DNA from: Hemiscyllium ocellatum
Taxonomy: Eukaryota
Length of the DNA: 64,000 nucleotides
Direction: 5' to 3'
NCBI RefSeq assembly: GCF_020745735.1
Contig: NC_083412.1
Coordinates: 17,912,235-17,976,234 of the forward strand
The notes below the pieces were generated by a model. That model was given only the letters and a program-made list of their open reading frames with translations. It searched no databases and was not told the origin of the DNA. Positions 48,305 to 60,177 of this stretch are shown here, in pieces (position 1 is the first letter of the stretch; each line of letters opens with the position of its first letter). Both the position numbers and the translations under genes were made by a program.

Positions 48305-48616
48305 TAGATTAGATTACTTACAGTGTGGAAACAGGCCCTTTGGCCCAACAAGTCCACACCGACACGCTGAAGCGCAACCCACCCATACCCCTACATTTAC
48401 CCCTTTTACCTAACACTACGGGCAATTTAGCATGGCCAATTCACCTGACCCGCACATCTTTGGACTGTGGGAGGAAACCGGAGCACCCAGAGGAAACCCA
48501 CACAGACACGGGGAGAACGTGCAAACTCTACACAGACAGTCGCCTGAGGCGGGAATTGAAGCCGGGTCTCTGGCGCTGTGAGGCAGCAGAGCTAACCACT
48601 GAGCCAACGTGCCGCC
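48305..48616 (-). mobile_element. Full-length young HE1-type SINE
   Basis: Close reverse match to 13715-14033. Confidence 0.9.
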
Positions 48617-48759
48617 TACTTTGTTAAGTTTTGGTGGAGGGAGACTAATTGCCCCTTTTCCAAAAGGTGACCACGAGGCCAATGGGCTGAACGACATCCT
48701 AGTTTCTGCCTCATGCCATCTTTACACAGTTCTGTACATTCAGATTGTGAATTAACCCT

Positions 48760-49105
48760 TTATAGAGGTTTATAAAATCACGAGGGGCATAGACAAGGTG
48801 AATAGAAGGTGGCTTTTCCCTAGGGTGGGGGATTTAAAGACTAGGGGCATATTTTTAAAGAGGAGAAAGGTTTAAAAAGGGCATGGCAATTTTTTTACAC
48901 AGACAGTGTTTCATGTGTGGAATGAATTTCCTGGAGAAGTGGTGGATGCAGATACAGTTACAACATTTAAAAGACATTTATGTAAGTTGATGAATGAGAA
49001 ATATTTGGAGGGAGATGGGGCAAGTACGGGCAGGTGTGACTAGTTTGGTTTGGGAACATGGTCAGCATGGACTGGTTGGGCTAAAGACGTAATCTATGAC
49101 TCTGT
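48760..49105 (+). mobile_element. HER1/CR1 3' end
   Basis: gaggtttataaaatca..gtgtggaatgaa..catttaaaagacattt..tatgactct. Confidence 0.8.
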
Positions 49106-49839
49106 AAACCCCATTCTAAATCCTGGGCGCATATCGGAAGCTGTGGTCTGAGAGAGCACAATTCCGTGTTTCCTATGATTTGGAAATATGGCTCTGTTAG
49201 ACCACATTGATACATTTATAAGAAAATCAAGCAAAAGATCTATTCCAGGAAACTGCTCCAAAGGCACTTGGGGAATTGAGATGAACAAATGGTTCTTGTA
49301 ACTGGCAGATGTTTCAAATAAATGTCTGGTGCCAGTAGTCACAGAGTTCCCAGGGCTACAGAACAAAAGAAGAACATTTGTTAAATGTTGAATAATCAGA
49401 ATCTTCCCAGAGAAAGCTCTTTGTATCTAGTCTGGTGCCTTCACTTTCCAATTGAAGTCTGAGTGAGGAACCAGACGTAGTGTATGTTTGTTCCTTGCTG
49501 ATGAATTTCGATCTGATCGCTATGAGAAGCTGACACGCTCCCTGGAAGGGATTGACATTTAACACATCCCTGTGCAGTACCTCACCTGATCAAATGGTAA
49601 ATTCATTGAAGAAGGGAGGGTTTTTTTTTAATTTTATGAACTTACCTGTGCAGACTTTCTTGCTTTCTCTAGTGGAATAGAATGGTCTCACAAAGAGGGC
49701 AGAGCTTCTGTCTATAAAGGCTAAGGATGAAAACTGTAAGGCCAAGCTGTACAAACTAATTAAGGTAGAGAGATCATAACAAGTTATCAAGGCACCTTAG
49801 TTTGTATAGTTTGTTGACTAGTTTGAACAGTTTTGGATT

Positions 49840-50278
49840 ACATGTTGCTTTGGTTAGACCCTCAGGATGCAACTCTTTTACCTATTATGTTATTCAAGCC
49901 ATTTGGTTTGTCTCCAGCACCATCTTATTTTTAATTATTTGTAATTATCGCTCTGCCTCAGTTGATCAGATCATAGGTCATCCCTTCACTTGCTATCCAG
50001 CATTACTTTACTCACATCGCCTGACACTTCTGATCACCTGCAGAGATTTATTACTCAGCCTATTGACACCCCACCCCTGCCATTTTTATGATCTTGTGAA
50101 CTCTCTGCCCACTGATCTCTCTGCCCATAAATTCTGGGCCCTTGTGTTTCCCTTCCCCTGACTAAGGGGCAGCAGTCTGAAAGCTTGTGATTTCAAATAA
50201 ACCTGTTGGACTAATACCTGGTGGTGAGTGACTTCTGACCTTGTGCACCCCAGACCAACACTGGCACCTCCACATCTT
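49840..50278 (+). mobile_element. PLE family B 3' region (degenerate hammerhead near 50158-50190)
   Basis: ctgactaaggggcagcagtctgaaagcttgtg followed by the family B terminal block. Confidence 0.55.
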
Positions 50279-51207
50279 GACAGAATCCAGCAATGGTCCC
50301 AAATCCTTAAAGTTCGCTCAACCTGACTGCTGTGATAGGTTTAATTCCTGTTGTATCAGCCTGCCCTCTGATTCATGCATTGCCTCCTGCCTCCTGTAGT
50401 GATGGGTCTCTGACTGAGAGATCCCCTAGATATTGCCATACAATCCCTGGAATGGGCCTGGGACAGAAAAGCTGAGCCATTTTCCCCAGCCAAGGAGTAA
50501 CCACCACAACCCAATGGTATCAAACCCGCCTCCAGCAATGCGCAGAGGTCCATTCAGAGACAGTGTTTGAACTGGTGATATCAATGTTAAATCTAATGGT
50601 GACAATTCTTTACTGTTGTGGTCTTCTTTAGCTGTTCCCCTGACCACCCCATCATTGTTAAATGTTTCAGGCCAGCCTCTGGCCACAGCATTGGGCCTCC
50701 TGATCATTTCCAGCACGCAACAAGCTGTCAAAAACCAAATGAGTCGCCTATGAGCCTGGCTTTAATGATGCTGACTGAGGGAAGAATCACGGCCAAGTCT
50801 CTGGTGAATCTTACCTTCTCCTCTGAGGAGTACAGAGAGTGGGTTGGGGTGAGCTTGTGCTGAGGGGAGCTAATCCTGATGGTCCTCAAAAATAGGTGTT
50901 GGTATTACAATGTTTGATCATCCAGTACCCACTGATGGCAAAACTGGCATCACAGCATAGTATCCTTCCATTGGGGGGGGGGGGGGGGTCTGTGGCATGC
51001 GAGTACACTGGTGGTACCTCAGATGGTGCATCGTCTTGTCCTGCAATGGAGGGAAGCAATCAGTGAGCATGGGTTAATCTATTCAGTTGGTGTGGCTGGC
51101 TTGGTTGAGTAGTTGTCAGTTGTGCAGGCCATAGACATAGGGTTGTGGCTTGTACTTGCAGCACTAAATGTGTGTGGAGAGTTATGATGGTTTGCTTTTA
51201 TCCATAT

Positions 51208-51210
<3 letters not shown>

Positions 51211-51272
<62 letters not shown>
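51211..51272. repeat. (GT)31 microsatellite
   Basis: Perfect dinucleotide run. Confidence 0.97.
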
Positions 51273-51274
<2 letters not shown>

Positions 51275-52159
51275 CAAATGAGTGAGACGTTTCTTCTGAG
51301 TTACCTTTAGTTTGAACTCACAAAAGTCTTGCTGCTAACCTATTGAATTGGGACACTTTGCTATAGGTAACCAAACAGCCCCGTGAACTCTAGTATCCAG
51401 CATCTGATACTACAGAGTGGAAACATTCAAAGACAGTTCCAGTGAAAACCATAGCATGTTAGAAGACAAAATATATGGAGTACCAACTTGAGGGAATAAA
51501 ATTACATTCCATGGTTATGTTCAAACAAAACTCCCTGCTGAAATATAAGACATTTTGGATATGTCTGTGCCAACAATTGGGTGGATTAGGGTGGAGACAA
51601 ATGTATCGATAATGAACGGAATGGTCATCCTGGTGACTTACGTAGAGAATACAGTTAAATAATGCAGGACATGACCAGATCCCATATACCTACTAAGATC
51701 AGAAGATGCCTGTGAAAAAATTGACACCCACGTTGTTATACAGGGAGGGCATACTGTCTAAAATCCGTGTGTCTCAATGAATCATTTGAGAATCATGTCC
51801 GGTCCAAATGGAATGGGAGAATAACTGAAGAAGAGAAACAGTGGAAACATACTTGTTACTACATTTGATGTTTTGCATGGTTTCATCATCACATCACGGG
51901 CTTCTGTTAATTTGCAAACTATCATCAAATTGTTCACAAAACACAGAGCATCCAGTTCAGAGGGATGAGAGGAAGTGTGTTGTTGTGGAGGGATGGTTCT
52001 GAAATCTGACCCAGATTGCGACCTTATGATGATGACACCACCAAAGTAATTCAGAATGAATTTGATGATCATTGATTAAGACAGTTTTGTTGATAAGTTC
52101 ACAACATGCTTTCATTAAGGCTAAAGGTGTCTTTGTACAATTAACTTATTCAAAAATAG

Positions 52160-52770
52160 AAACATAAAAACAGAAAACAGGAGCAGAAATAAGCTACTCA
52201 AAACTTTGAGACTGCTCCACAATTTAATATGATCATGGCTGATCATTCAACTCAGTCCGTGCTCTCGCTTTCTCCACTAACCTTTGACTCCCTTAGGCCG
52301 AGAATCACATCCAACATCGTCTTGAAAATATTCAACATTTTGGCCTCGACCACCCTCAGTGGGCGCGGTTTCCACAGGCTCACCATTCTCTGGGTGAACA
52401 AATTTCTCCTCATCTCAGCCCTAAGCGACTTACCCTTAAGGTACCCTTAAACTATGACCTCTAGCATTGGACTCCTCGGTCATTGGGAACATCCATTCTG
52501 CACTTACCATATCAAGTCCTGTTAGAATTTTCCAGGCTTCTCCGAGATAGGCCCCTCATTATTTGAAATCCCAGTGAACATATTCCCAACTGATCCAGTG
52601 TCTTTTCATATGTTAGGCCTGCCATCCCATAAATCAGTCTGGTAAACCATTGTTGCATTCCCTCCATGGACAGAACACCCTTCTTCAGATAAGGGGTGAC
52701 CAAAACTGCACACGATATTCCAGGCCCTGTATAATTGTGGCATGAAATCTCTTGCTCCTGTACTCGAATG
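52160..52770 (-). mobile_element. CR1 3' fragment
   Basis: PYLKKGVLSMEGMQQWFTRLIYGMAGLTYEKTLDQLG. Confidence 0.8.
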
Positions 52771-53634
52771 ATCTGGGGCACATCAATTTTATATTTTGCA
52801 TATAAATGTTAATGTTATATGAAATCTTGTGTTTTTGTTTTCAGAATTCAAAATGGCGATTCCCCTACATCCGCACAAGCTGTTCACATTTATTACTTGG
52901 CTTAGAGTCAACCTACATTGATGAAATGGTTTCTGAAGGCTTCAAAGGTGGACGTCCATGCCAATATCCACAGTAATAAGCTATTCGTCTGTTGTTTGTG
53001 GAAGCTGACTGTGTGCACAATTTGACTGTTGTGGCTGTCAACATATGAGTGAGCTCAGTTCAAAAGTAATTTTGTGTATGTGAAGTGCTCTGGGACATCC
53101 TGAAGACTCGATAATGTGCTATCTAAATGTCACAGTGCTTTTATTCAAAGAGCGCTGGACTGCAGCGAATTCATCTATTGAGCTAAACTCAAGTCCCTCT
53201 TTCTACTGCAGCATTTTACACCAATGAGTACACTCTTCACTTGGCCATTTACTGAATAATCTGATGAAGTGACAAGCTTTTACAATATTTAAACGGCCCA
53301 CTCTGGGGAACAAGGTTGACACATAACTCAGGTTTTGGCTTGTCTCTGTGATTCCAGCTGTAAAGCTTCTGTGCATCGCACCCGTAACTGGGGAAGGGTT
53401 TTTCTTTCAAAGAGATTGTATCAACTGTGAGTCTCTCAGTTTTTTTTGGAAGGGTTTCAGTGAACTAAATAAACAATGAACCAGAACAGAAGGAAACTTC
53501 AGTTCTCCACTCTTAGGCTTTCCTTCATGAACAGTCCATCTGCCAAAAGGTTAGAGTAGTGACGGTTGAACATAACTTTATGGGACTTGTGTTGGTTGGG
53601 ATATGAATCCCACCTAACCCCAAATGTGCCACAG

Positions 53635-55965
53635 AATCATAGACTTTTACAGCACAGAAAGAAACCCTTCAGCCCATCACACCCCTTAGCATCCACCATA
53701 ACCTTCCCTAGTATTCCTGAGCCAATTCTGTGCAATCCTTGACATCCAGGCTCCTCTGCCTTTGTTGCTCCAACTCTTCACCTTGACGGGAACATGTTGG
53801 CCCTGCACACTCACTGCCCCCCTTTTTGAATGTCTCCGGCTGCTCTGATGTGGATATTCCCACAAGTAGCAGCTTCCAGTACAGTTGCACCAGATCTTAT
53901 TATCATCAGCCTTCCCCCAGTTCTGAACCTTTATTTCTGGTCTTTTTCTAGAACTATCTAAACTCATTGAGTTGTGGTCATGATCATTGAACTGCTTCTC
54001 CACTGACACATCTACCACTAGCCTCGTTTTGTTCCCGCAAATTAGATCTCTCTCTCCAAATACTGGCTTAAACATCTATCTTGTAATCCACTTTAGCAAA
54101 TCTGCCCTATCTAAATCTTCCATACAAAGTCTTTCCCAGTCAATATTGAGGACTTTGAAATCCCATATTTTATTACTTTATTATTTTTTACAATTCTCTG
54201 AGATTTGCTTACATATCCGTTTTTCTATCCCTTGCTAACTTTGAAAGTGTCGATGGTATGCTCCTGGTGAAGACTTTTCCCCTTTTTCTGTTTTACATTC
54301 CCTCTCCATGGGGTCAGTTGTGGAGCCATCTTTCCTGTCATTTTCTCTTGTGACTTAGCCTAACCACCTAGGCACTGCTTTCCAGATTGATGTGGTTCGC
54401 CTTCTGTATTTGTCTGTGCAACACTCCTCGTACCTTCTCTCTGTATCCCACCCCTCTACAACCAGGAGGCACAGACTTAAGGCATGTGGCAGGAGGTTTA
54501 GATGAGATGTGAGAAGAGCTTTTCACCCAGATGGTGATGGGAATCTGCAACTCACTGTAAGGGTGGTTGAGTTGGAAACCCTCCTAACAAATATCTAGAT
54601 GTCCATTTGCAATGCTAAGCATACATGGCAATGGGCCTTGCAAAATGGGATAAAGACCATAGGTTCATAAGACATAGTAACAGGAGTGGGCCCTGTTCAG
54701 TCCCTTGAGTCTGTTCCGCCATTCAATACACTCATGATTGATGTAATGCTCCTCACATCCACTTTCTTCCCCTTTTCCCATAACCCTTGATTCTCCCACT
54801 GATCAAGAACCTGTCTATCTCACTCTTGGATTAGAACAGTTAGGTAGTTGTTTTTGACCAGTGCAAACTTGATGGGCCAAAGAACCTTTTTTGTTTCTGT
54901 ACTGATGACTCTGAGTCTGGATGACCACATCGATAGCAAATGACACTGGTTTGGCACAGAGCTGTCCTGTCCAAGTGCATCACCTCACATTTATCTGAAT
55001 CGAATCCATTTGCCCATCTGACCAGCCCGTCTGTATCCTCCTGTAATCTAATGCTATCCCTCTCACTATTTTCCACCCTATCAATTTTCATACCATCCAC
55101 TAACTTGCTGATTAACCAGTCTACATGTACCATCCACTAACTTGCTGAATAACCAGCTCACATTTACCATCCACTAACTTGCTGATTAACCAGCCTACGT
55201 TTACCATTCGCTAACTTGCTGATTAACCAGCTTGCATTTATGTCTAAATCACTTATGTCTACCACAAGCTGCCCCAACATCGATCCTTGCAGAACCCCAC
55301 CGGACACAGGCTTTCAGTTGGAAAAACACCCCTCACCCATCACTCTCTGCTTCCTGCCACTCAGCCAATTCTTGATCCAACTAGCCACATTTCCTTGGAT
55401 CCCAAGGGCACTTACCTTCACTATCTGTCTCCCATGTGGCACATATGTTTGAAAGATTGGCTGCAGTTTTGAAAGCAAGTATCCTGCCATCGATGGCAAG
55501 CGTTATGTAACCTGGGGCACAAACAACATGTCCTACCCAGCAGAAGGGATCTCTGACTGACTAGCGCATCGATGCTGGACTGTCCTTCCTGCAAACAGAT
55601 TTGGAGGGTATTGCTAAGGTTCCACTGGTGGGACTCATAGAGTCATGGAGTCACGGAGTTGTGCAGCACTTCGGTCCAAGTCATCCATGCCAATCAGGAT
55701 CCTAAATCAATCTAGTACCATTTGCCAGCATTTGGTTCAAATCCATCCAAACCCTTCCTGATTCATGTACCCATCCAGATAGCTTTTAAATGCTCCATGA
55801 GCCCGTCTGGTCAAGGTCCCGTCATACTCTGAGACCGTTGCCTTCATGTTCCACTTCACCACAAATTTTGGCATCGTCTGCAAACTTACTAACTATTCCT
55901 CCTACATTCACATCCAAATCATTTATGTAAATGACAAAAAGTAGAGGAGCCCGCACCACTCCTTG
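53635..55965. mobile_element. Patchwork of decayed CR1 fragments
   Basis: Includes LQEDTDGLVRWA..DKCEVMHL, VPHGRQIVKVSALGIQGNVASWIKNWLSGRKQRV and several 3' tails. Confidence 0.7.
55091..55238. repeat. 4 x 37-bp tandem repeat arisen inside CR1 RT
   Basis: taccatccactaacttgctgattaaccag.. units start at 55091, 55128, 55165 and 55202. Confidence 0.85.
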
Positions 55966-56867
55966 CCTGTAGTCTCGGAAGGGTGGAGAGGTATGGGTAT
56001 CAGTGTTGCTGGGTAAAACATGATCTTAGTCGTGGGTTTCAGATCCTGGTCCTCAAATGCACTTTTTTCAAAGTCAGCGATACATTGGAAGGGCTGATTT
56101 TTGTTGTCCCTGTGAGCCTTTTGTTGAGAAGAGGCACATGGAAAAGAATTGGAGATTTGATATGATTTAATTTATTACTGTCAAGTGTAATGAGGCACAC
56201 AGTGAACAGCACTGTCTTACATGCTATTCAGGCAGCCCACAGCACACAAGTGCATCAGGGTATCAGAACAGAGTGCAGGATACAACGTCAGCTGCCAAGA
56301 AGGTGCAGAGAGAGATCAACATTAACATTAAAGCGGTCCATTCAAAAGTCTGATAACAGCTATACTCCTGGGAAGGCAGCTGGGTGGTAGTAATCTTCTA
56401 GGCTGGTCATTGGAACCTCAGCTACTGCTCTGGATCACTACTCCCCATTCCACAAATCCCCACCCAAAATCTAAACTTCCAGGGCACTTTCCCCATTCAA
56501 TGGAGCCGGGAAATGGACCGACCTTGAAAGTGGAAAATTAGGCTACAGTCTCCAAAATCTTGAAGAGTTTGAACTGACAGAGGATTGGTAACCAGAGTAC
56601 ATAGGCAGCAGGTGACTCACAGAGGACTCGAGGGAACAGTGTTTTACACGGAGTTGCAGAAGTCTGAAATGTACTGTCTGAAAAGACAGTGGCAGCTGAT
56701 TCGGCAGTAACTTTATAAAGAGAATTGGGTGAATACTTCAGATGGAAGAGTTTTGGGTCTACAGGGAGAGAGGAGGACATTAGGACAAATTGGATAGTTC
56801 TGTCAAAGTGTTAGCTCAGACACAATGGGCAGATATGCCTCTTCTGATCATTGAGTAACCCTGAAGG

Positions 56868-57103
56868 CTAAAACAAAGAACTGCAGATGCTGGAAATCTG
56901 GAAGAAAAACAAAAGTTGCTGGAAAAACTCAGCAGGTCTGGCAGCATCTGTGGAGAGAAAGCAGAGTTAACATTTCAGGTCCAGCGACCCTTCCTTATTT
57001 CAGAACTGAAGACACGTCACTGGACCCAAAACATTAGCTCTGATTTCTCTCCACATATGCTGCCAGACCTGCTGAACTTTTCAAGCAATTCCTGTTTTTG
57101 TTA
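56868..57103. mobile_element. PLE family C inverted pair
   Basis: Inverted arms meet near 57000, with degenerate hammerheads. Confidence 0.7.
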
Positions 57104-58049
57104 GCTTTGTTCCCTCTCTACATACCTGAGGAATGTGTACTGCTATTCTATTACATAACCTAATAGTTGACAATAGCAATCCATAAACTATTACTATGCT
57201 TTTGATAGACATCTAAAGTATTAAACAGTCATATTATCTTTATATTCTCTGCAATAAATGTGCTCTGTTGTTTACCCAATGCATCTCATGGAAAGTATTA
57301 CAGTAAACATAAGGACGAAGCATATAATTGAGATTAGTCTTGCAAGATTAAGAGAAACTGATCGATTACATTCAGAACAGTATTATAAAATGCAGAATGC
57401 ATGGCTGTTCCCAACCTTGTAGATAGTGGATTCATCAAATAAATATAATCTTATGACCTCAGGAGAGGTCAAAGCTAGTCAACTGTAACTCAGAACCATA
57501 TCAGCAGAAGCAAGCTAGCCTCCAGACAAACTGCTACCTCTGAAAACCATGTCTCATCTTTCATTCAGCTTTGGGAAAAAGAGAAATTAGTTTTCAAATC
57601 GCAACAATAATTAACAGTGTCGACGCAAACTGGGATTGTCACTTTTACTAATGTTGGTTCAAGTCCCTGGAAGGTCATATCAGGGCAAGAAGTTGGATGA
57701 TTTCAAACTGCTGAGATATTTATCAATTTTATCCTCTTTTGCAGTCACCGTGATCACCTTGAGTGGAATTTCCAATCATTAGAATCCCTACAGTGCTTAC
57801 CACAGCTTGTGAATTACTCGTTTAATAGTAGATACCACTCCATGTTGTATACTTTATGTCCTGGATCTAAGAAGAGTTGATATCTAGATACGTGTATCAT
57901 GTTTTACTCTCAGAGCTTTAAGATGTCTGCTCCACGCGGACAGCTCTACCCATAATTTCTTTTATTGAGTCAATACCATCAATCAAGTGGAACTACTAAA
58001 CACAGATCACCTCCAAATGCAGAACTTGAACAGCAATTGAGTCAGTATT

Positions 58050-58380
58050 GTAGAATCGCTACACTGTGGAAACAGGCCATTTGGCTCAACAAATCCACAC
58101 TGATCCTCCAACCAAAAACCATTCCTCTATTCTAGTACTCTACATTTGCCCTGGCTTAAGCACCTAACCTACACATCTCTGAACACTACGGGACAATTTA
58201 GCATGGTCAATTCATCTCACCTGCATATCTTTGCGATTGTGGGAAGAAACCGCAGCACCAGACGAAACACGCGCAGGCACGGGGAGAATATGCAAACTTC
58301 ACACAGGCAGTCGCCCGAGGCTGGAATCAAACCCAGGTCCCATGAGACAGTAGTGCCAACCACTGAGCCACCCATGCCAC
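58050..58380 (-). mobile_element. HE1-type SINE
   Basis: Diverged full-length copy. Confidence 0.75.
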
Positions 58381-59011
58381 CCCAAATTATGCATCAGTAA
58401 GGCATGACTAGGGTCAGGGTCACACCGTAGATTAGAAGTGTACAGGCAGAGAGGGAAATGAGTCGAAGAAATCTAAAGAAACCAGACAGGTCATGCAGGA
58501 GTCCAGAGTCGATTGTGCTTGCTCATTGGCATTCCACTTTAGAAACTGGTCAGGGTGCTGATTTCCCAGGGTGGGGTGGCCAGACACAAGCCCAGGCGCC
58601 TCAGCTATACACAGGAGGCAAAAGAAGGATGGAAGGGCAATAGTTACAAGGGATTACACTGTCAGGGGATCAGACAGGTATTTGATGCCAGGTTCAAAGA
58701 TGTCACAGACTGACTGCAGGACATCCCATTGGTGGAGGGAACCAGCAGGGAGTAATGACCCACAGTGATAGCAAAGACACAGGCAGGAAGAGGGATGAAG
58801 TCCTGAAAGCAGGTTTCAAGGAGTTAGGAAGGAAATGACAACCAGAAGCTCAACAGCAGTGATTTCAGCGTTTTTCCAAGTAGGGGGATTCATCGATTGA
58901 ATACGTGGAAGCTGGGGTTAATAGAAATGCACCACCAGATTTCTCAGGAATGCCGATTGGTTCTGGGGCAAAGTGGGATCTGTACAAGTTTGATGGGTCA
59001 CCCCTCGATGT

Positions 59012-59240
59012 GAAGAAAGTGGGGACTGCAGATGCTGGAGCTCAGAGTTGAGTGTATGCTGGAAAAGCACAGCAGGCCAGCAGCATCCGAGGGGCAGGAG
59101 AATCGACGTTTCAGGTATAAGCTCTTCATCAGGAAGCCCTTCCTCCTGATGAAGGGATTATGCCTGAATTGTCAATTCTCCTGCTCCTCAGATGTTGCCT
59201 GACCAGCTGTGCTTTTCCACTAGCACCACACTCTCAACTT
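59012..59240. mobile_element. PLE family A inverted pair (older)
   Basis: Back-to-back arms around 59135, with partly degenerate hammerheads. Confidence 0.75.
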
Positions 59241-59504
59241 ACACCTCAACGCGACTGGTATCCTCACAGAGAGATTTGCTGGTGGTTTGGGGGTGAGTTT
59301 AATCTCGGAAGATGGTAAAGGGAGGGTTAGCCCACGTTCTAAGAGAGTTAAGCTGGTAACAGGAAGTCGAAAAGCTGCATGCATGGGAGGCGAGGAGAAA
59401 CAAAGTGAACATTGAGCATACTTTGAATGCAAAATGATGTCAAGAAGTCAAAGTTCAGGGCATTCTACCTGAATGCACACAGTATCCCAAACAAGGTAGA
59501 TGAT

Positions 59505-59707
59505 GCTAAAAATCACACAACCCCAGGTTATAGTCCAACAGGTTTACTTGGAAGCACTAGCTTTTGGAACGCTGCCCCTTCACTAGGTGGTTGTTGGCTA
59601 TGCACTCCGAAAGCTAGTGCTTCCAAATAAACCTGCTGGACTGTAACCTGGTGTTGTGTGATTTTTAACTTTGTCCACCCCAGTCCAACACCGGCACCTC
59701 CAAATCA
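59505..59707. mobile_element. PLE family B inverted pair
   Basis: Perfect 12-bp TSD aaggtagatgat at 59493-59504 and 59708-59719, splitting the CR1 endonuclease frame. Confidence 0.85.
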
Positions 59708-59930
59708 AAGGTAGATGATCTCAAGGCACAAATAGAGTGACATGAGTATAATCTTCTGACCATTACAGAAACATGGCTGCATGGTGTCCACCATTGGAAA
59801 CAGAAAATATTTGATGTTTAGAAAGGACAGATGAGAGAAAAGGAAGTGAAGCTGTACTGATAATAAGGGATGGAATTAGTACATAGGTGAGGGAGGATCT
59901 CAGATTAAAAGAGCAATGTGTGGAATTTGT

Positions 59931-60177
59931 TTCCCGACTCAGGCGACTGACTGTGTGGAGATTGCACGTTCTCCCCGTGTCTGCGTGGGTTTCCTCCGGG
60001 TGTTCTGGTTTCCTCCCACAGTCCAAAGATGTGCGGGTCAGGTGAATTGGCCATGCTAAATTGCCCGTAGTGTTAGGTAAGGGGTAAATGTAGGGGTATG
60101 GGTGGGTTGCGCTTCGGTGGGTCGGTGTGGACTTGTTGGGCCGAAGGGCCTGTTTCCACACTGTAAGTCTAATCTAA
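59931..60177 (+). mobile_element. 5'-truncated young HE1-type SINE
   Basis: Nearly identical to 13778-14015. Confidence 0.9.

Noticed and set aside
51280-52100. Unique-looking region possibly from a decayed viral or retroelement gene
   Set aside because: Stops in the frames I examined and no diagnostic motif.
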